A stretch of DNA of 64,000 nt from Podarcis filfolensis (Eukaryota): NCBI GenBank assembly GCA_964270895.1, contig OZ185440.1; one strand, 5' to 3'. Below are positions 25,271 through 38,150 of this stretch, in pieces. A program made the translations under genes and the position numbers. Below the pieces are notes generated by a model, which saw nothing but the letters and a program-made list of their open reading frames with translations, ran no database searches and was not told the DNA's origin. How positions within the stretch are numbered: position 1 is the stretch's first letter; every line of letters begins with the position of its first letter.

Positions 25271-27051
25271 GATGATCTTATTGTATCTGACTGTGAGAAG
25301 TGTGTGACATTGATAAAGCAACAGCCAATACAGATTACATTTGTTAAAAAGCCAGCATCTAATTCTATAATTCCTGGTCACCCATATATACAAATACTAG
25401 TGATATAGTATTTTTGAGCAAAAATGCTACAAAAACATTAAAATATTTGGCTGCAATAGCACACACACATATATACGGTACGCTAGCAGCAAAGGAGGCT
25501 ATGTTTTCAAAAAGGCAGATGTTTAAAGAGGATGCTGGTGGTGGCTCCCCTATAGGAAGAGGTCTTCAAAGAGCCCCTGGCGTTACACACTTCTCAGCAG
25601 GGAAGGAGAAGCTTGCACAAGATGAAACACAAATAAATGATAGCCAGTACAAAAGATACACACTGAAAATCCGAAACCTCACACTGGCCAGCTGTGCTTT
25701 CACTGGCACCTGAACATAAGCAAGGCATAACATGAACCCAGCTTGGTTATTGTGAAACTAGGTACATATTTGTAAAAATGCCTGCCTGGGTTTTAATTGG
25801 AACAGCCATCCCCTGAATCACCATTTCATTTCCATTCATGGATCTGTTAATAGAGTGTAGACTGAACCACTACACCAGTTGAGAAAGGCTGCTCAAAGGT
25901 ACAAATGATTCAAGCTTTGCACTTGTAGTTTGTGACAGAAAGCCAGTCTTCTTCCACTCTGTCTAAAGTGATACTTTTACTTGCTGAATGGGAACAGAAA
26001 CAGATCAAGAGTTGGGGATGGTCTGTGGATTTCCTTCCTCTTTGTATCATACCGTTTCCATTGCAGATGAATTAATCAGTGAAGAGACTAAAGAAGACAG
26101 ACTGGTCAACTTTTTTTTTTTTTAAGGGCTTAAATCCCACTGATTTCAATCAAAGCATGTAAAGCACATGCTTAATTTCCCCACTGTATCAGTGGAACTT
26201 ATAATGCTTAACTCTGGCTGGACTGCATCCCAAATCAGTATTTTGCTAAAGGAGAAGCTCACTGAAGCAAAGATTAAACCGGAAACCATGCAGCCAGTCC
26301 TAGATGAAAACATATCACAATCTCTGCAGAGAAGGAATGGAAAGAAAATGGAATAAAAAGTGACTCTCATCTACTGCAAGATAATAGGAAGAAAAGTTAC
26401 ACTTCCTGATGCCCTACCCAAACACTTCTGCTGCCCCTGGAAAAAAATGGCAGGTGGTGGGACTGGGATGCCAGTGGCCAGTGACAGTAATGGGGAAGGA
26501 TTCAGTAGCAATGATGGCCAGGAGAGAAGAAACAGTGAGGCTGATTAAGTCTGTGGGTTTCGAGTTGAGGAACACGGTTCTCTGCCTTAGACACAACCAA
26601 GCAAAGGGATGAGGCCCATTACTGACCCCGACCGCTCCTACATATACGCACTGAAAGCAGGGTAGATCCCATATTTTTTGTATCCCATTTTTCCTCCAAG
26701 CGGTGGAGATTGGTTCATTAGGGCCAATGGGGCACTGCCCCAAGAATCCCAGTCTGCCCTCAGCCAGCCCAACCTGCCTGCCTTCCTGCTTACAAGTAGT
26801 CAAGGCGGCGGCAGCGGGGGGGGGGCGGTGGCAGAGGGGGGGGGGACAACTGATGTCAGCCTCATCCTCCTGAGACTCTGTTCTGCTCCTTGTAGAACTT
26901 AGCAGGGGACAGAGCTAGAATTAGTTGTCTGTCTGTCACTGGCTCTGGATCTGCCCATTGTTTGGCGCTCCATGCCTTCTGCCCTACTAGTTGCAATGGG
27001 GGCCAGCCACCACTGGCTCCAAGTAGCTGCAGGCAGTGTACAGGATTCTCT

Positions 27052-27202
27052 CATTTTATCCTCACAACAACCCTGTGAGGTGGGCTAGGCTGATAGACAG
27101 TGACTGGCTCAAGGTCACCTACTGAACTTCATAGCTGAGTGGGGATTTGAACCCTGGTCTCCCAGGTCCTAGTCTATGACATTCTAACCACTACACCACA
27201 CC
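27052..27202 (-). mobile_element. MIR/Ther1-like CORE SINE
   Basis: CATTTTATCCTCACAACAACCCTGTGAGG...CAAGGTCAC...TTTGAACCCTGG...CTAACCACTACACCAC. Confidence 0.85.
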
Positions 27203-27329
27203 ACCTCTCTATTGTGTCACCCTGTTATTGACATGTCAGCACAAACAGGCCAATTTATGCTTTATTCTCCAATGATTCTTTCCCCCTCTTTTTTCAGAGG
27301 GTGGTGCAGGAATAAGGGGAGAAACAACA

Positions 27330-28040
27330 ACCTGCCAAGCACTAATTAATATTTAATTTACTGCAAAATGTACTTATTATTTCCAAGTAATTGGCCGGCT
27401 GCACAGCTGTGGCCACTAATGAACACAGAGAGCACCAACATGAGGGGAGGGGGAAGGGCAGGCAGAGGGACAGAGCGTGTGGGGGGGATCTCTCTTATTT
27501 CTCTCTCCTTCTCTGATCACATCACATTGCCAGGGTTTAAAGTGCATAATAAGCAAACATAAATGTCTTTGATTTTTTCTTTAAAAAAAAATCAAAAAAT
27601 GCCTGTGACGCCGCTAATGGGTCATGTTTAGCTTATTGCACTTTGATCGCTCTATTACAGCACTGACAATAACTGGAGAGAACAGGAACAACAGGAAGGG
27701 GGTGGGGTGGGGGCTGGGGAAAGCTAAGGGAGGATAAAGAGCTTTGGAAAGTGTCATTGGCAAACTGGAATAACACTGCAGCTCAGCCTCAGTGTGGTGA
27801 AAACAGGCAACAGCCGCTTGCTGTGATTGCCTGCATAGATTCCCAATACATGAGGCCCTCTGCATCATTCTCTCCACTGGCTGAGTCTGGTTCCCTGATC
27901 GAGCTGTTGGTTTGCTTCTCTCTGCAGGATGGGAAATATTATTTTAGTGGCTAACAAAGGCCAGCTCTGTTGTTAATTGGCAGGGGGTCTAGGCGGGTTC
28001 TTTGAAGTGGCACATTCATTTGGCAGAAATGGTAACTGAG
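27330..28040. promoter_or_regulatory. Putative conserved non-coding element
   Basis: Contains CTAATTAATATTTAATTT, TAATTGG, CTAATGG, TGACAAT and TTAATTGG motifs, is TE-free, and includes a canonical G4 motif at 27698-27719. Confidence 0.35.
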
Positions 28041-28915
28041 AATATTCCTGGGCAAAGGGCCAGCACAGAGCTTTGAACACACACATCTTTCTCAGTGTTG
28101 GTGCACAACTGGAAATTTTGGGGTGTCCAGGTCTCACAAAGACTCATTACTTGGTTGTGCAGGGGACTTTAGAAAGGCACCTCTGGAACTTTTGGGAGAG
28201 CGCATCCCATGTGTAGCATGGAGCCTGCCATTGTTTTACATGGAATGGAGATCAGAATTCTGAAATGGTAGAGGTAGCAATCCAAAATAAGTCAACATGT
28301 TCCTTATGCTAACCTTCACAATGCTGTTGATTTTACCTCAGGATTCCAACTTCCTCTAAAACCTGCTGATGTTATTCCTTTTCACTTGAGGCGAACTATG
28401 TTAAATGTTGGTGTTGACACTCAACAGTCAATCATCCAATTCTATGAGTGTAAAACTTATCCCTGAAGGACAGAAGACATTGGAAACCAAGCAAGGATAT
28501 CCTACATCCCAGATACTAAAAAATAGGAATCTAATACTTTTTGGGGGAAATTTGACATGGTACAATCTTTCCTGAATTGTACCACTTCAGATTGCAAATA
28601 GGGGATTAGATCAACGCCACAGTAACAAGTGTTGTTTGGACTGTCCAACAGCTGATATTTTTGAATTGCTGAGCTGGTCCTTAAAAGAGGGTGCAAAACG
28701 AGCTAAAAGCCATGTTGACTCACCTGCACCCCTAATCCTTGTAGACACACTGATTCAGCAGCTTGATGTTCACAGATGTTCTTGGCCAGCAGTACCAAGC
28801 AGAGGCCTTAGCTTTATGTTATAAGTTCAGTTTGCAAAGATCTGAAGGCCTCACAACTCTTTGACACCAGCTAAAATGGTGTAAATCTGAATGGTTTTCA
28901 CTTGTCACTGTAAGG

Positions 28916-28916
<1 letters not shown>

Positions 28917-28948
<32 letters not shown>
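28917..28948. repeat. (TG)n microsatellite
   Basis: Direct reading. Confidence 0.97.
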
Positions 28949-28949
<1 letters not shown>

Positions 28950-31097
28950 GATCTGGAAATATCCTAAGTTCCTCGTGCCACTGTCTAAACTGAAGTTTGG
29001 ACACAGAGCTAGACATAAAGTGAGACTGTAATTTGGCAGCCCTCCCTTTTCCTCTTCCAATTCTTACCATGCATTCCCATTCAGAGACGTTGTGTCAGAC
29101 TCACCTCCTGCCACAAGATTCCATTCTCCCAAGGGGCCTTTCTTCCTTGGCTAACATAAATAACTCCTCAAACATTGTCCCAGCAAGATGGACATGAGAG
29201 AAAGTCTCATCAGCAGGAGGCGAACAGGAGATTGTTAAGTGCTAGCCATAAAAATAAGGACCACCTAAACCTTGAGGGTATCAAAGGGAGATAAGCAAAC
29301 AACAGCATGTCCCAAGAAACCTTTGGTGGTCTTGAGAGCTTGACTACAAAGAGTTGTGCCTGTGTTGTTCCACTAAGAGAAGATTTCATCTTGACCCTGC
29401 AAAGGATACAGTATTCAGATAATAAACACATCTACATACAGTATTCAGACAGCTCACCAATATACCAAGTCTGAGAATAGATGCAGTTACCATTTCCTAT
29501 CATTAAAAGTGGGATGAGGGTGCTGTCCTTGCAAGAGCAGTGCTAGGACAAGTGTGACTATTTCCAATGAAGGGCCCTCTGAACTCAGTATCTGACTCTC
29601 TCACTGACTTCCACTGGATGCTTCAGACAAAGCTTCATACATGCACAAAGTGGAAACTATACAATTTTATTACTGTCTTGAGCTCTGTAGAGACTCCCTG
29701 GCATGATTGTTCAGAGGGGAAGGAGGATCTGGATGAGAGTGCTGAGCTTGGTGCTGGGGAGCAGCTGAGTAGCCTGTCAGGAGATCAGGAGTGCCAACTT
29801 GGTGCTGCAACCATGAGTGCCCAAGGTTGTGGGTGCCATTCAGCGTGCATGGCCCTGGGACTGAAATTGGTGGGGGCTTGGGCAGCCAGGGCCTCAGGGA
29901 GTTGGCACCTACGTAGGAGATAGTGCTAGATATTTCAGTAGAGGAGGAAGAGCTGTCTGAACTGGCCCCTACCCTGCCTCATATTAGCACTATTTCCCTG
30001 GCAACTGGGGAGGCACCTGAAGCTGAATTGGATACTGAGCCAGCTGGGTAGACCCCACCTCTGTCTCTTGGATGTGCCAGCATGAACAGACCAAGTCTAC
30101 TTGTCAGAAAACCATAATCACCGCAATGTGTAGGGCTATTGTCCTTGGAAAAAGGAGAGTAGGGCTGTGTCACTGGACCTGTTCCTGAGGATCAGTGGCG
30201 TAATGTGCCCAATAGCTGCCCAGGGTGGGTGTGGCGGAGGGGGGGGCAACTTTGGCAAAGGTCGGCCTCTTGTGCTGCCTATACTAAGCGGAGATGGGTC
30301 AGCTTGGGGTCCAAGAGATATGAAGCACCCACATCTCACAAATCTATATGTAAATCAGCAATGATTTACACTGCTCAGCTCCAACGTTTCACAGAGTAAA
30401 TACTTATAGATTTGTTACATTCATTTGTAATTTTAAAAAGTCAGACCCCTCCCCAATGAACAACACTCCTCTTATTTGAGGATATATTTTTACAAGTGAG
30501 ATGGTAGAACGAGCCATTTCTGCCCACTAATTTCATCTGCGAAAGCACTTATTCATATTCTTGCTGAACGAAAAACAAAAAGGCACCATAGTCATTTAAA
30601 ACAGCAATGAAATGATCGGCTCGAGGCTTTTACCAAAACGATGATTATGATTCAAATGACATAGCTAAAGGAACACCGAAGATGTTTAAAATAATAAATT
30701 AATCAGAAAAAGTTAAATACATTTTCACATAATACAAAGAGCTAGAGGGAAGGCAGTTAAATGAACATGTTGCAGGCTTTATAAACTAATAAAAATGTAA
30801 CTCTCTCTCACTGCTCACTATAGACCTATGGAACACTCTGTTATGGGATGTAACTGCTTGTGATATGGATTTTAGATGGTGAGAGCTTCAAAGCAAGGAC
30901 ACCTATCCTCTTGGACTTATATAAAGAACTGTACACATACTGATGGCAGTGTGTAAGTGGGTAAGGATCAGGGTGAAGAGCTCAGTGAGTCAGTCAGAAT
31001 AATGTATCAAGATTTTGTGCAACAGGATGCTATTTATTGGCTTGTGTGGTTGTAAAACCCATTAAATAGGATTTCTACTTCTAATGCAAATAGCGGG

Positions 31098-31098
<1 letters not shown>

Positions 31099-31141
<43 letters not shown>
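31099..31141. repeat. (CA)n microsatellite
   Basis: Direct reading. Confidence 0.97.
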
Positions 31142-31142
<1 letters not shown>

Positions 31143-31319
31143 GTTAATGCCGCCTAGCCATTATGACAGGGTCCCTGACCTGGATCCTCATCTCAGTGTG
31201 GGGCAGGAAACAAAATTCAGCAAATTTCATCCTAGGATAATGAAAGTGGCTGAAAATAAGGCTGCCACTATCATAATGACTATATAAGTTTATGAAATAT
31301 TGTGCACAGTTCTGGTCAC

Positions 31320-31420
31320 CCCAGGGAACTGGTGGCCCTCTGGATGCTACTGGACTACAGCTTCCATCATCCCTGAACACTGGAGTCCAACAACATCAGG
31401 AAGCCTAAAGGATCCCCATT
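31320..31420. mobile_element. Palindromic hAT-like MITE, internally deleted
   Basis: GGGAAC.GGTGGCCCTCTGGATG...GGACTACAGCTTCCATCATCCCT...AGTCCAACAACATC. Confidence 0.6.
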
Positions 31421-32139
31421 ACTATAGTTCAAGGAAAATGCAACTACCGTAACAAGGGACATGAAACTGGTTTGTAAAGTTATGCACAGAACGGATAAAA
31501 ATATTGTTCCCTTCTTTATAATTATTATCCATGCTTTGCAGTAGTCAACTTAAATTGATTGGTTGAGGGAGTGTCTCTGCATCAGATTCCACGTGAAGAA
31601 ATACAGAATTGTATAAGCATTCCAAGAGAGCTAACAAAGGTTTAATTTAGGGGAAGGAATGTAGAACTTGCAAAATCTGCTGTTCCTGAGTGCCAGTTGG
31701 AAAGAGGCCCTCAACAGATTACAAAGGACACCCGCACCCCCGAAAAACTAGAAAAACTAGAAAAAGCTGAATAGCACTTTTGCAGCTCACAGGACTCTCT
31801 TGGGAAAGCCAGCCTTTTACTAAACCACTCAAACTTACATTTTATTTTCAAAGCATTTCTTGCTCTTGAGGGGGAGAAAGTAGGCTGTATGTGAGACCCT
31901 TCTAACCCCTGGATTCTGCAAGTGTTAAAATATAAGCCAGGCTAGCTTCCTAAGTTGAGGTGCTTGCCTGGGTGATGGGCCATTAAGGGAAACAAAAGAA
32001 AGGGGCTCTGTGTGAGATGGCAAATGGGTGGGGCCCCTCCACTGGCTCACTGTTAGTTTGAAGGACCAAGCTTAGTTAGAAGTTAGAAGGAAAGTTGAAA
32101 ATAGAAAGTTGAGAGTTGAAAGGTGTGGCAGTGGAGATG

Positions 32140-32725
32140 AAGGACTGTTGTCTTGCATCAGTAATGGACTGGATAGGAGACAAACTGAAGCTCAATCCAG
32201 ATATCACTGAGGCTCTGTTAGTGGGTGGTTCCCTGGACTGATGGATGGGAGGTTGCCTGCCCTTGATAGGGCTACACTCCCTCTGAAAGGTCGATTATGT
32301 AGCTTCAGGATCCTTTGCTGTCACTTGAGGCTCAGGTGAAGAAGAAGAAGAGGAGGAAGAGGAGGAGGAGGAGGAGGAGGAGGAGGAGGAGGAGGAGGAG
32401 GAGGAGGAGGAGTTTGGGTTTGATATCCCACTTCATCACTACCCTAAGGAGTCTCAAAGCAGCTAACAATCTCCTTTCCCTTCCTCCCCCACAACAAACA
32501 CTTTGTGAGGTGAGTGAGGCTGAGAGACTTCAAGAAGTGTGACTAGCCCAAGGTCACCCAGCAGCTGCATGTGGAGCAGCAGGGACGTGAACCCAGTTCA
32601 CCAGATTACGAGCCCACCACTCTTAACCACTACGCCACACTGGCTCAGTGGTGCTGAGTGTCTTCTATCAGCTTCGGCTAGTGACCCAGGTACACACTTA
32701 TCTGGACAGGGAGAACCTAACCATA
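32140..32725 (+). mobile_element. L2 LINE fragment 1, interrupted by a SINE
   Basis: Degenerate KLKLNPD.TE.LLV...LPLK....SL...LSLEAQV up to 32338. It resumes at about 32645 with sequence resembling SVA.SAFYQLRLV.Q...YLDRENL. Confidence 0.75.
32338..32646 (-). mobile_element. CORE-type tRNA-derived SINE with (GAR)n tail, nested in L2
   Basis: Minus-strand head GAGCCAGTGTGGCGTAGTGGTTAAGAG (A box), the CORE-like GTGACCTTGGGCTAGTCAC, and a simple-repeat tail at 32338-32410. Confidence 0.8.
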
Positions 32726-32729
32726 ACCC

Positions 32730-33190
32730 AGTTATGACTGAGGTTGCACTCTCATTGAAGGAGCAGGTTTCTACTTTGAGGCTACTCCTGGATCCATCAC
32801 TGTCATGGAGGTCCAGGTGGACTCTGTGGCACCAAGTGCCTTCTGCTAGATTCACCTGGTGACCCAACTACACCCCTATCTCAATGAGGATAGCTTGACT
32901 TCAGTTGTTTATGCTCTGGTAACCACAAATTTAGACTGTTGTAATGCCTAATAAATAGGGCTGCCTTTGAAGATAGTTCAGACATTTCAACTGGCTCAAA
33001 ATTAAGTGGCCATACTTACAACTGGGACCAGGTTGTCTGAATATATGAGTAGAATTGGCTTTTTGGGGTGCCATTTGAATGTTGATATATGTAGCTGGCT
33101 TACTCAGTGGATGGCTTTTAGCTGCTTTTTTAAGGTGATCACTTGTGATCACTTTATGGTAAGAAATGTGTACTGGGAGGGATGCCTAGT
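32730..33190 (+). mobile_element. L2 LINE fragment 2
   Basis: VALSLKEQVSTLRLLLDPSLS...TSVVYALVTTNLDCCNA..IGLPLK.V..FQL.QN is the L2 ORF2 C-terminal region. Confidence 0.8.
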
Positions 33191-34104
33191 GTGATTACTT
33201 TCTGTTGTTATTATTGTTGTATATAAGTAACATATAGTCTTAGGATACAAGGCACATAAATAATAAAATCATCTTTATCTTCATCTTCATCATCATCATC
33301 ATCATGCCTAGTCTAGGTTTAGTCACAAACCCTTCCGTTCCACAAACACAGTGCTGGCATTATGGAAGGTACAATTAGTGACAAAAAGCTCTGCCCGCCT
33401 TGAAACGTGTCAGTCATTTGATGTCAAAGTATTATCTAATCTTTGTATGTTCAAGAGAGAAGCACAGCTTACTGGATTCCTCAAAGGTTGCCAATGTAAA
33501 CTGTCCCAGAGAAAGACTGAGACTGGTTCAGCTCCCCCCAGTTGTTCCTTGCAAATTTCCTCTCCATCTTTTTACTTTTCCACTCTGGTGCTTCTTCAGC
33601 TGTCTAGTCCAGAATAGCAGGCGCTATCAAAACAATCCTCCTCCTTACAACCACATTTTTATGTTGCTGCCAATGAGAGCAGCTCATAAAAGAAAGAGGG
33701 GGGGGGATGAGTCGGAGAACAGAAAAGACAATATTGAGTCTGCTCCTTGGCAAGCTCAGGGGTTGTTTCTCTTCACTGTTTGATTTCTTTTTACAGTCTG
33801 CTGGGCCCTCTCTCCACCTCTCCTGGATCACAAAAAGGCAGGATGTCAACACATCCTAAGCTTTATAATTTTGCATGTATTAAAGCTCAACCGTTGTTAA
33901 GAAACACAGGACTGGAGAACGGCTAAAGATAATCTAGTGTCTAATTTACTAAAGTAATGCAGAATTCTTCATATCAGCAACAGAAGATTTGACACATACC
34001 AACAAGATTCAACCATGCTTACAATCAGATAGCAAATAAAAGAAATTAAACTGTGGAACTGACTGCTATATGATTTATATAGAAGAATATTAGAAGGTCC
34101 ACGC

Positions 34105-34184
34105 TGCAATCCTATACTTCCTAACCTGAAAACAAGCCCCACTGAACTCAATGAGACATCTAACTAGACATGTACAGGATTGCA
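34105..34184. mobile_element. ~80-bp palindromic MITE relic
   Basis: TIR TGCAATCCTATAC versus GTACAGGATTGCA (1 mismatch in 13), with an internal CCCACTGAACTCAATG. Confidence 0.55.
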
Positions 34185-35884
34185 CTTCCTGATTTAATTA
34201 TTTTTACAACAACCATAAAAGCGGGGTGGGGGGAACTGACCTTCTATGACTTAAGCTTAGGAAAGTATGCATACATATGCTAAAACATTGGGGAAAGATT
34301 GATGGCAGGGTGATACTTGCATCACAGACTTCTTTCCCATATACTCCCCATGAAGCTTTAAGTAAGTGGTTCATCAGGGACAGGACACTGACCAGATGGC
34401 TCGTGGTCATTCATGGCGCACTCTGGCACTCTCCATTTCTTCTATGGGGAGAAGAGGCAAGGTATTGTTTACCGACAACTCTGCAAGACGTGGTTGTTGC
34501 TTTGGCACACGTGGGGCAAGGCTAAGCAGATTTAGCCTGGTCTTGTTACACCAGGAGCCATAGCTTGTTGATACATGAAGAACCACAGGAAGGGGAAGCA
34601 GCAGTTGTAGAATGGGGGAAGTGGCAGGAGATAAAGCAAGGAAAGAGGAAAAGTCAAGAAAAGGGTAAGATGAGGAGAATGGACTGGAGCCCCACATTCC
34701 GCTTTCCCACACATCTGTCAAGAACATTCATCTTCTGTATCCACTTGTGTGTACATGAACATGCACCAAACAAAATGTTCAGCATGGCCAAAGGATGGAG
34801 GAACCACACTGTCTTCTTCAACTGCTTTCCTGGACTGTCTCTTCCAAAGTGATTTCCCTAACACTGCCACAAAGTTGCCTGGATGAATAAAGCGCTAACC
34901 ATACCTCTCCCTGGTCTAAGACTAAAGGCATGTACAAATTAGCGGCTTAAAATGCAGGGAGATCATTTCCCCTTGTCAAGTCACATTCTGTGGTGTTGTA
35001 CACAACCTAAATTATTACCGGATTTGTTTCCCCGTGCCTGCAGCTCCTATTAATACCTATTAAAATGAGCCATCATCTAAAATGTCTAAAACGTACAAAC
35101 CTTAGCTTAACTGTGACTTACGTTTTTGAATCGGATGTAACCCAGTCTGAGGGAAAGTGCATCAGTCAGCAGTATTTCTCAAGAAACTACAAGATGCAGA
35201 TGGGTTGTGGCTAATGCCATGTGCACTCACCTTGAACCACCAGTGGTGGGAGCACACTGGAGCCAAAGTAAGTAGTAACGTGCACCCCCAGCCCATGGTT
35301 ATTACACAGAACTCAAGAAACACTCTTTTTTTTTTTTGCTCCAGAGCTTTCCCCGCAAAAAAACCTGTTCTTTAATGCTTAATTGGAGCAAATGGCAATC
35401 CACAGAAAATTTGAACTGACGTTTGCTCCAACTGACTGCTAAAGAGCACATTTTTGCGGTGAAAGCTCTGGGGCAAAAAACAACAACACCCCACACTCAG
35501 ACACAGAGCTTTAAAGCATGGACCTGTGTCTGGAAAGAGTGGGACAAAAATTAAGTGTGGATAAGCCCTCAGACAGTATTACTGGCCACCTGTTACAATT
35601 CTGATGTTTTACATGTTGTTTTTGAAACACCTGATTTGTGGTGATTTTCTGACTTTGAATGCAGTTTCAGTTGCAGCACCAACCTGTCCAGCATAGAATG
35701 ACAAACTACCACTGATGCCCTGTATTGTTTGCTTGCATTTCCTGATGCCATTGTATTTACATGCCTTGCTATGTGGTTCTTTCCCAGGCAGCTGGAATTT
35801 CGTCGTTTAAAAAAATCATAATCTGATATTGCTTTTTTACTGAAACATGAGCGTATAAATAAAAGATAATGATTTTTAAAAATA

Positions 35885-36131
35885 CAGTGGTACCTCGGGT
35901 TAAGAACTTAATTCGTTCTGGAGGTCTGTTCTTAACCTGAAACTGTTCTTAACTTGAGGTACCACTTTAGCTAATGGGGCCTCCCGCTGCCGCCGTGCTG
36001 CCGCCATGCCATGCAATTTCTGTTCTCATCCTGAAGCAAAGTTCTTAACCCGAGGTACTATTTCTGGGTTAGTGGAGTCTGTAACCTGAAGCGTATGTAA
36101 CCTGAAGCGTCTGTAACTCGAGGTACCACTG
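35885..36131. mobile_element. Tc1/mariner (pogo/Tigger-like) MITE, copy A
   Basis: 18-bp TIR CAGTGGTACCTCGGGTTA (1 mismatch), flanked by TA on both sides. Confidence 0.9.
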
Positions 36132-36917
36132 TAAAGCACAACTGCATAATTTTTATTTTAGATGATCCAGGTATTGTTTTTTAAAAACCATTTTCAATAA
36201 TTCTGCTGGTGAGTCCAAGAACAACTAATGAAAAGGGCTAATTTCAGTAAAGGTCTACCTTTTTAATGTGGTTTTCAGCCACTCCTGTTTCTCCTGGCTA
36301 CTGGCTCTTTAACTGGTTATTTCCTGGGCTAGGTCAGAAGGGAATTTGTACAGGGAGAGGGGGCTGATTTAAACAATGTTAAATGGGGAGATTTTTGCTG
36401 ACTGAAGGGTATAATTAGGAAATGACTAATAAAGAGCTAGTAGCCAGGAAAAGCAGACACTACTTTAAAACATACCTCAGGGAAACCTTTGCTGATCAAA
36501 AACTGAAATCACAAATGCACTTTCTGGAGACTAAGTCCCATCAAAGCAAGTGGTGTTTATTGCTGAATAAATAACATTAGGATTTCGCCCATAGCTAATG
36601 GGCATACTGGAATTCTTTGGGAGAATACAGCACTATGGAACTCTTCAGATCATGCATTCATAATGATTTGTCCTCATGATGATATTGGAGCAGTTATGCA
36701 TTATGTCTCTTTCACTATTGTTTGCACCTGCAATATTTTTAGGGTAGATTTGTTTCCAATCAGGGTGTGTCCCATAGCCTCCTGCTGAAATGTCATACCA
36801 CAAATGTTCCCAGGGTATGGGTGGGTGGGGTTGTCGTCCCACTTTTGTTGTGCTATAGTGCAAGAGTGCCACTCCAGATGGCAATAATGTGGGGAAGCAT
36901 TGCAGAACAACGAATTA

Positions 36918-37175
36918 CCGTATTTTTCGCTCTATAAGACTCACCAGACCATAAAACGCACCTAGTTTTTGGAGGAGGAAAACAAGGAAAAAATATTCTG
37001 AATCCCAGAAGCCAGAACAGCAAGAGGGATCGCTGCGCAGCGAAAGCAGCAATCCCCCTTGCTGTTCTGGCTCCTGGGATAGCTGCGCAGCCTGCATTCG
37101 CTCCATAAGACGCACACACATTTCCCCTTACTTTTTAGGAGGGAAAAAGTGAGTCTTATAGAGCAAAAAATACGG
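36918..37175. mobile_element. Tc2-like (TcMar) MITE
   Basis: 27-bp TIR CCGTATTTTTCGCTCTATAAGACTCAC (1 mismatch), a TA target duplication, and an internal inverted repeat. Confidence 0.88.
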
Positions 37176-38150
37176 TAAGTGGTATGATTTGTGAATGGCC
37201 CTGTGTAAATCCTAACCCACGAGTATTGTGCCAACGACATGTTGCAGAATATTCCTGCAAAAACTCACAGGGGCCCTAAATGACCATGTGGAATCATAAG
37301 TTTAATTCTATTTCACACTGACCACAAAATATCAATGGCTCAGCACCACTAAAGAGCCGTAGTAGAAAGGGACCCAACACTCTTCTCACTACAGCAACCT
37401 CTTCTCTATCTAGACAAAAAGAGAAATGAGCCAATAACTACATTAGTCTAAGAACTCGGATTTTGATATCCCAAATTGGTGGCAAGACAGGGTGCAACTG
37501 GAGGGAATTCATCTAGAAAGTGCTCCTCAATTCTCCTTTCAAATGCTCCGTTTCTGTCCCCCCCCTCCCACCCCCAATCAGGGCAAGGTGGAAAATCCAC
37601 CCCAGAAGAATTTAAAACTCTTGGCAAGGCAGGCACTATTGATGAAGGAATATAAACATTTCTATCATGGTGGCAGCAACAGCCTCACAGGTCCTAAACC
37701 TGAATAGCCCAGAGAGATTGTTGGGTTCGATCTGTCAGACTCAAAATGCTGGTATGTTGGGGCAGCTTCACAGACTGTATTTTATAGGAGCTCTCAGCAA
37801 ACCTCCATAAAAATGTATTAGATTAGTAATTTGAGTCCCAAATGACCAATTTGAAACAATTGCTTTCTTATGATTTTTCTGAAAGTGCCTGTTTCATGAG
37901 AAATTGCTGGGGGTGGGGGGGAGGATCAAACACTTATATCAAATACTTATTTTTTCCAAGAAAGAATTTATAGTCAGCATTCAGAACAAGGTGAGTATAG
38001 GGAGTATGTAGATACATGTATTCTTTGCCACTGCCTTCCTGTTCATGCTAATGGTTCAAAGCTTCAGGAGAATAAACTGAAGCACAGGGAGTCTAGGGTA
38101 ACATGGCTATGCCAAGAACAGGAATTAGTCCTAGTGGAAGAAAATATAAA

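Noticed and set aside
31880-32140. Possible LTR fragment (AGTTAGAAG/AGTTGAGAG repeats)
   Set aside because: No TG...CA boundaries or TSD could be identified.
32315-32542. Poly-Arg ORF
   Set aside because: It is a translation of the (GAR)n SINE tail.
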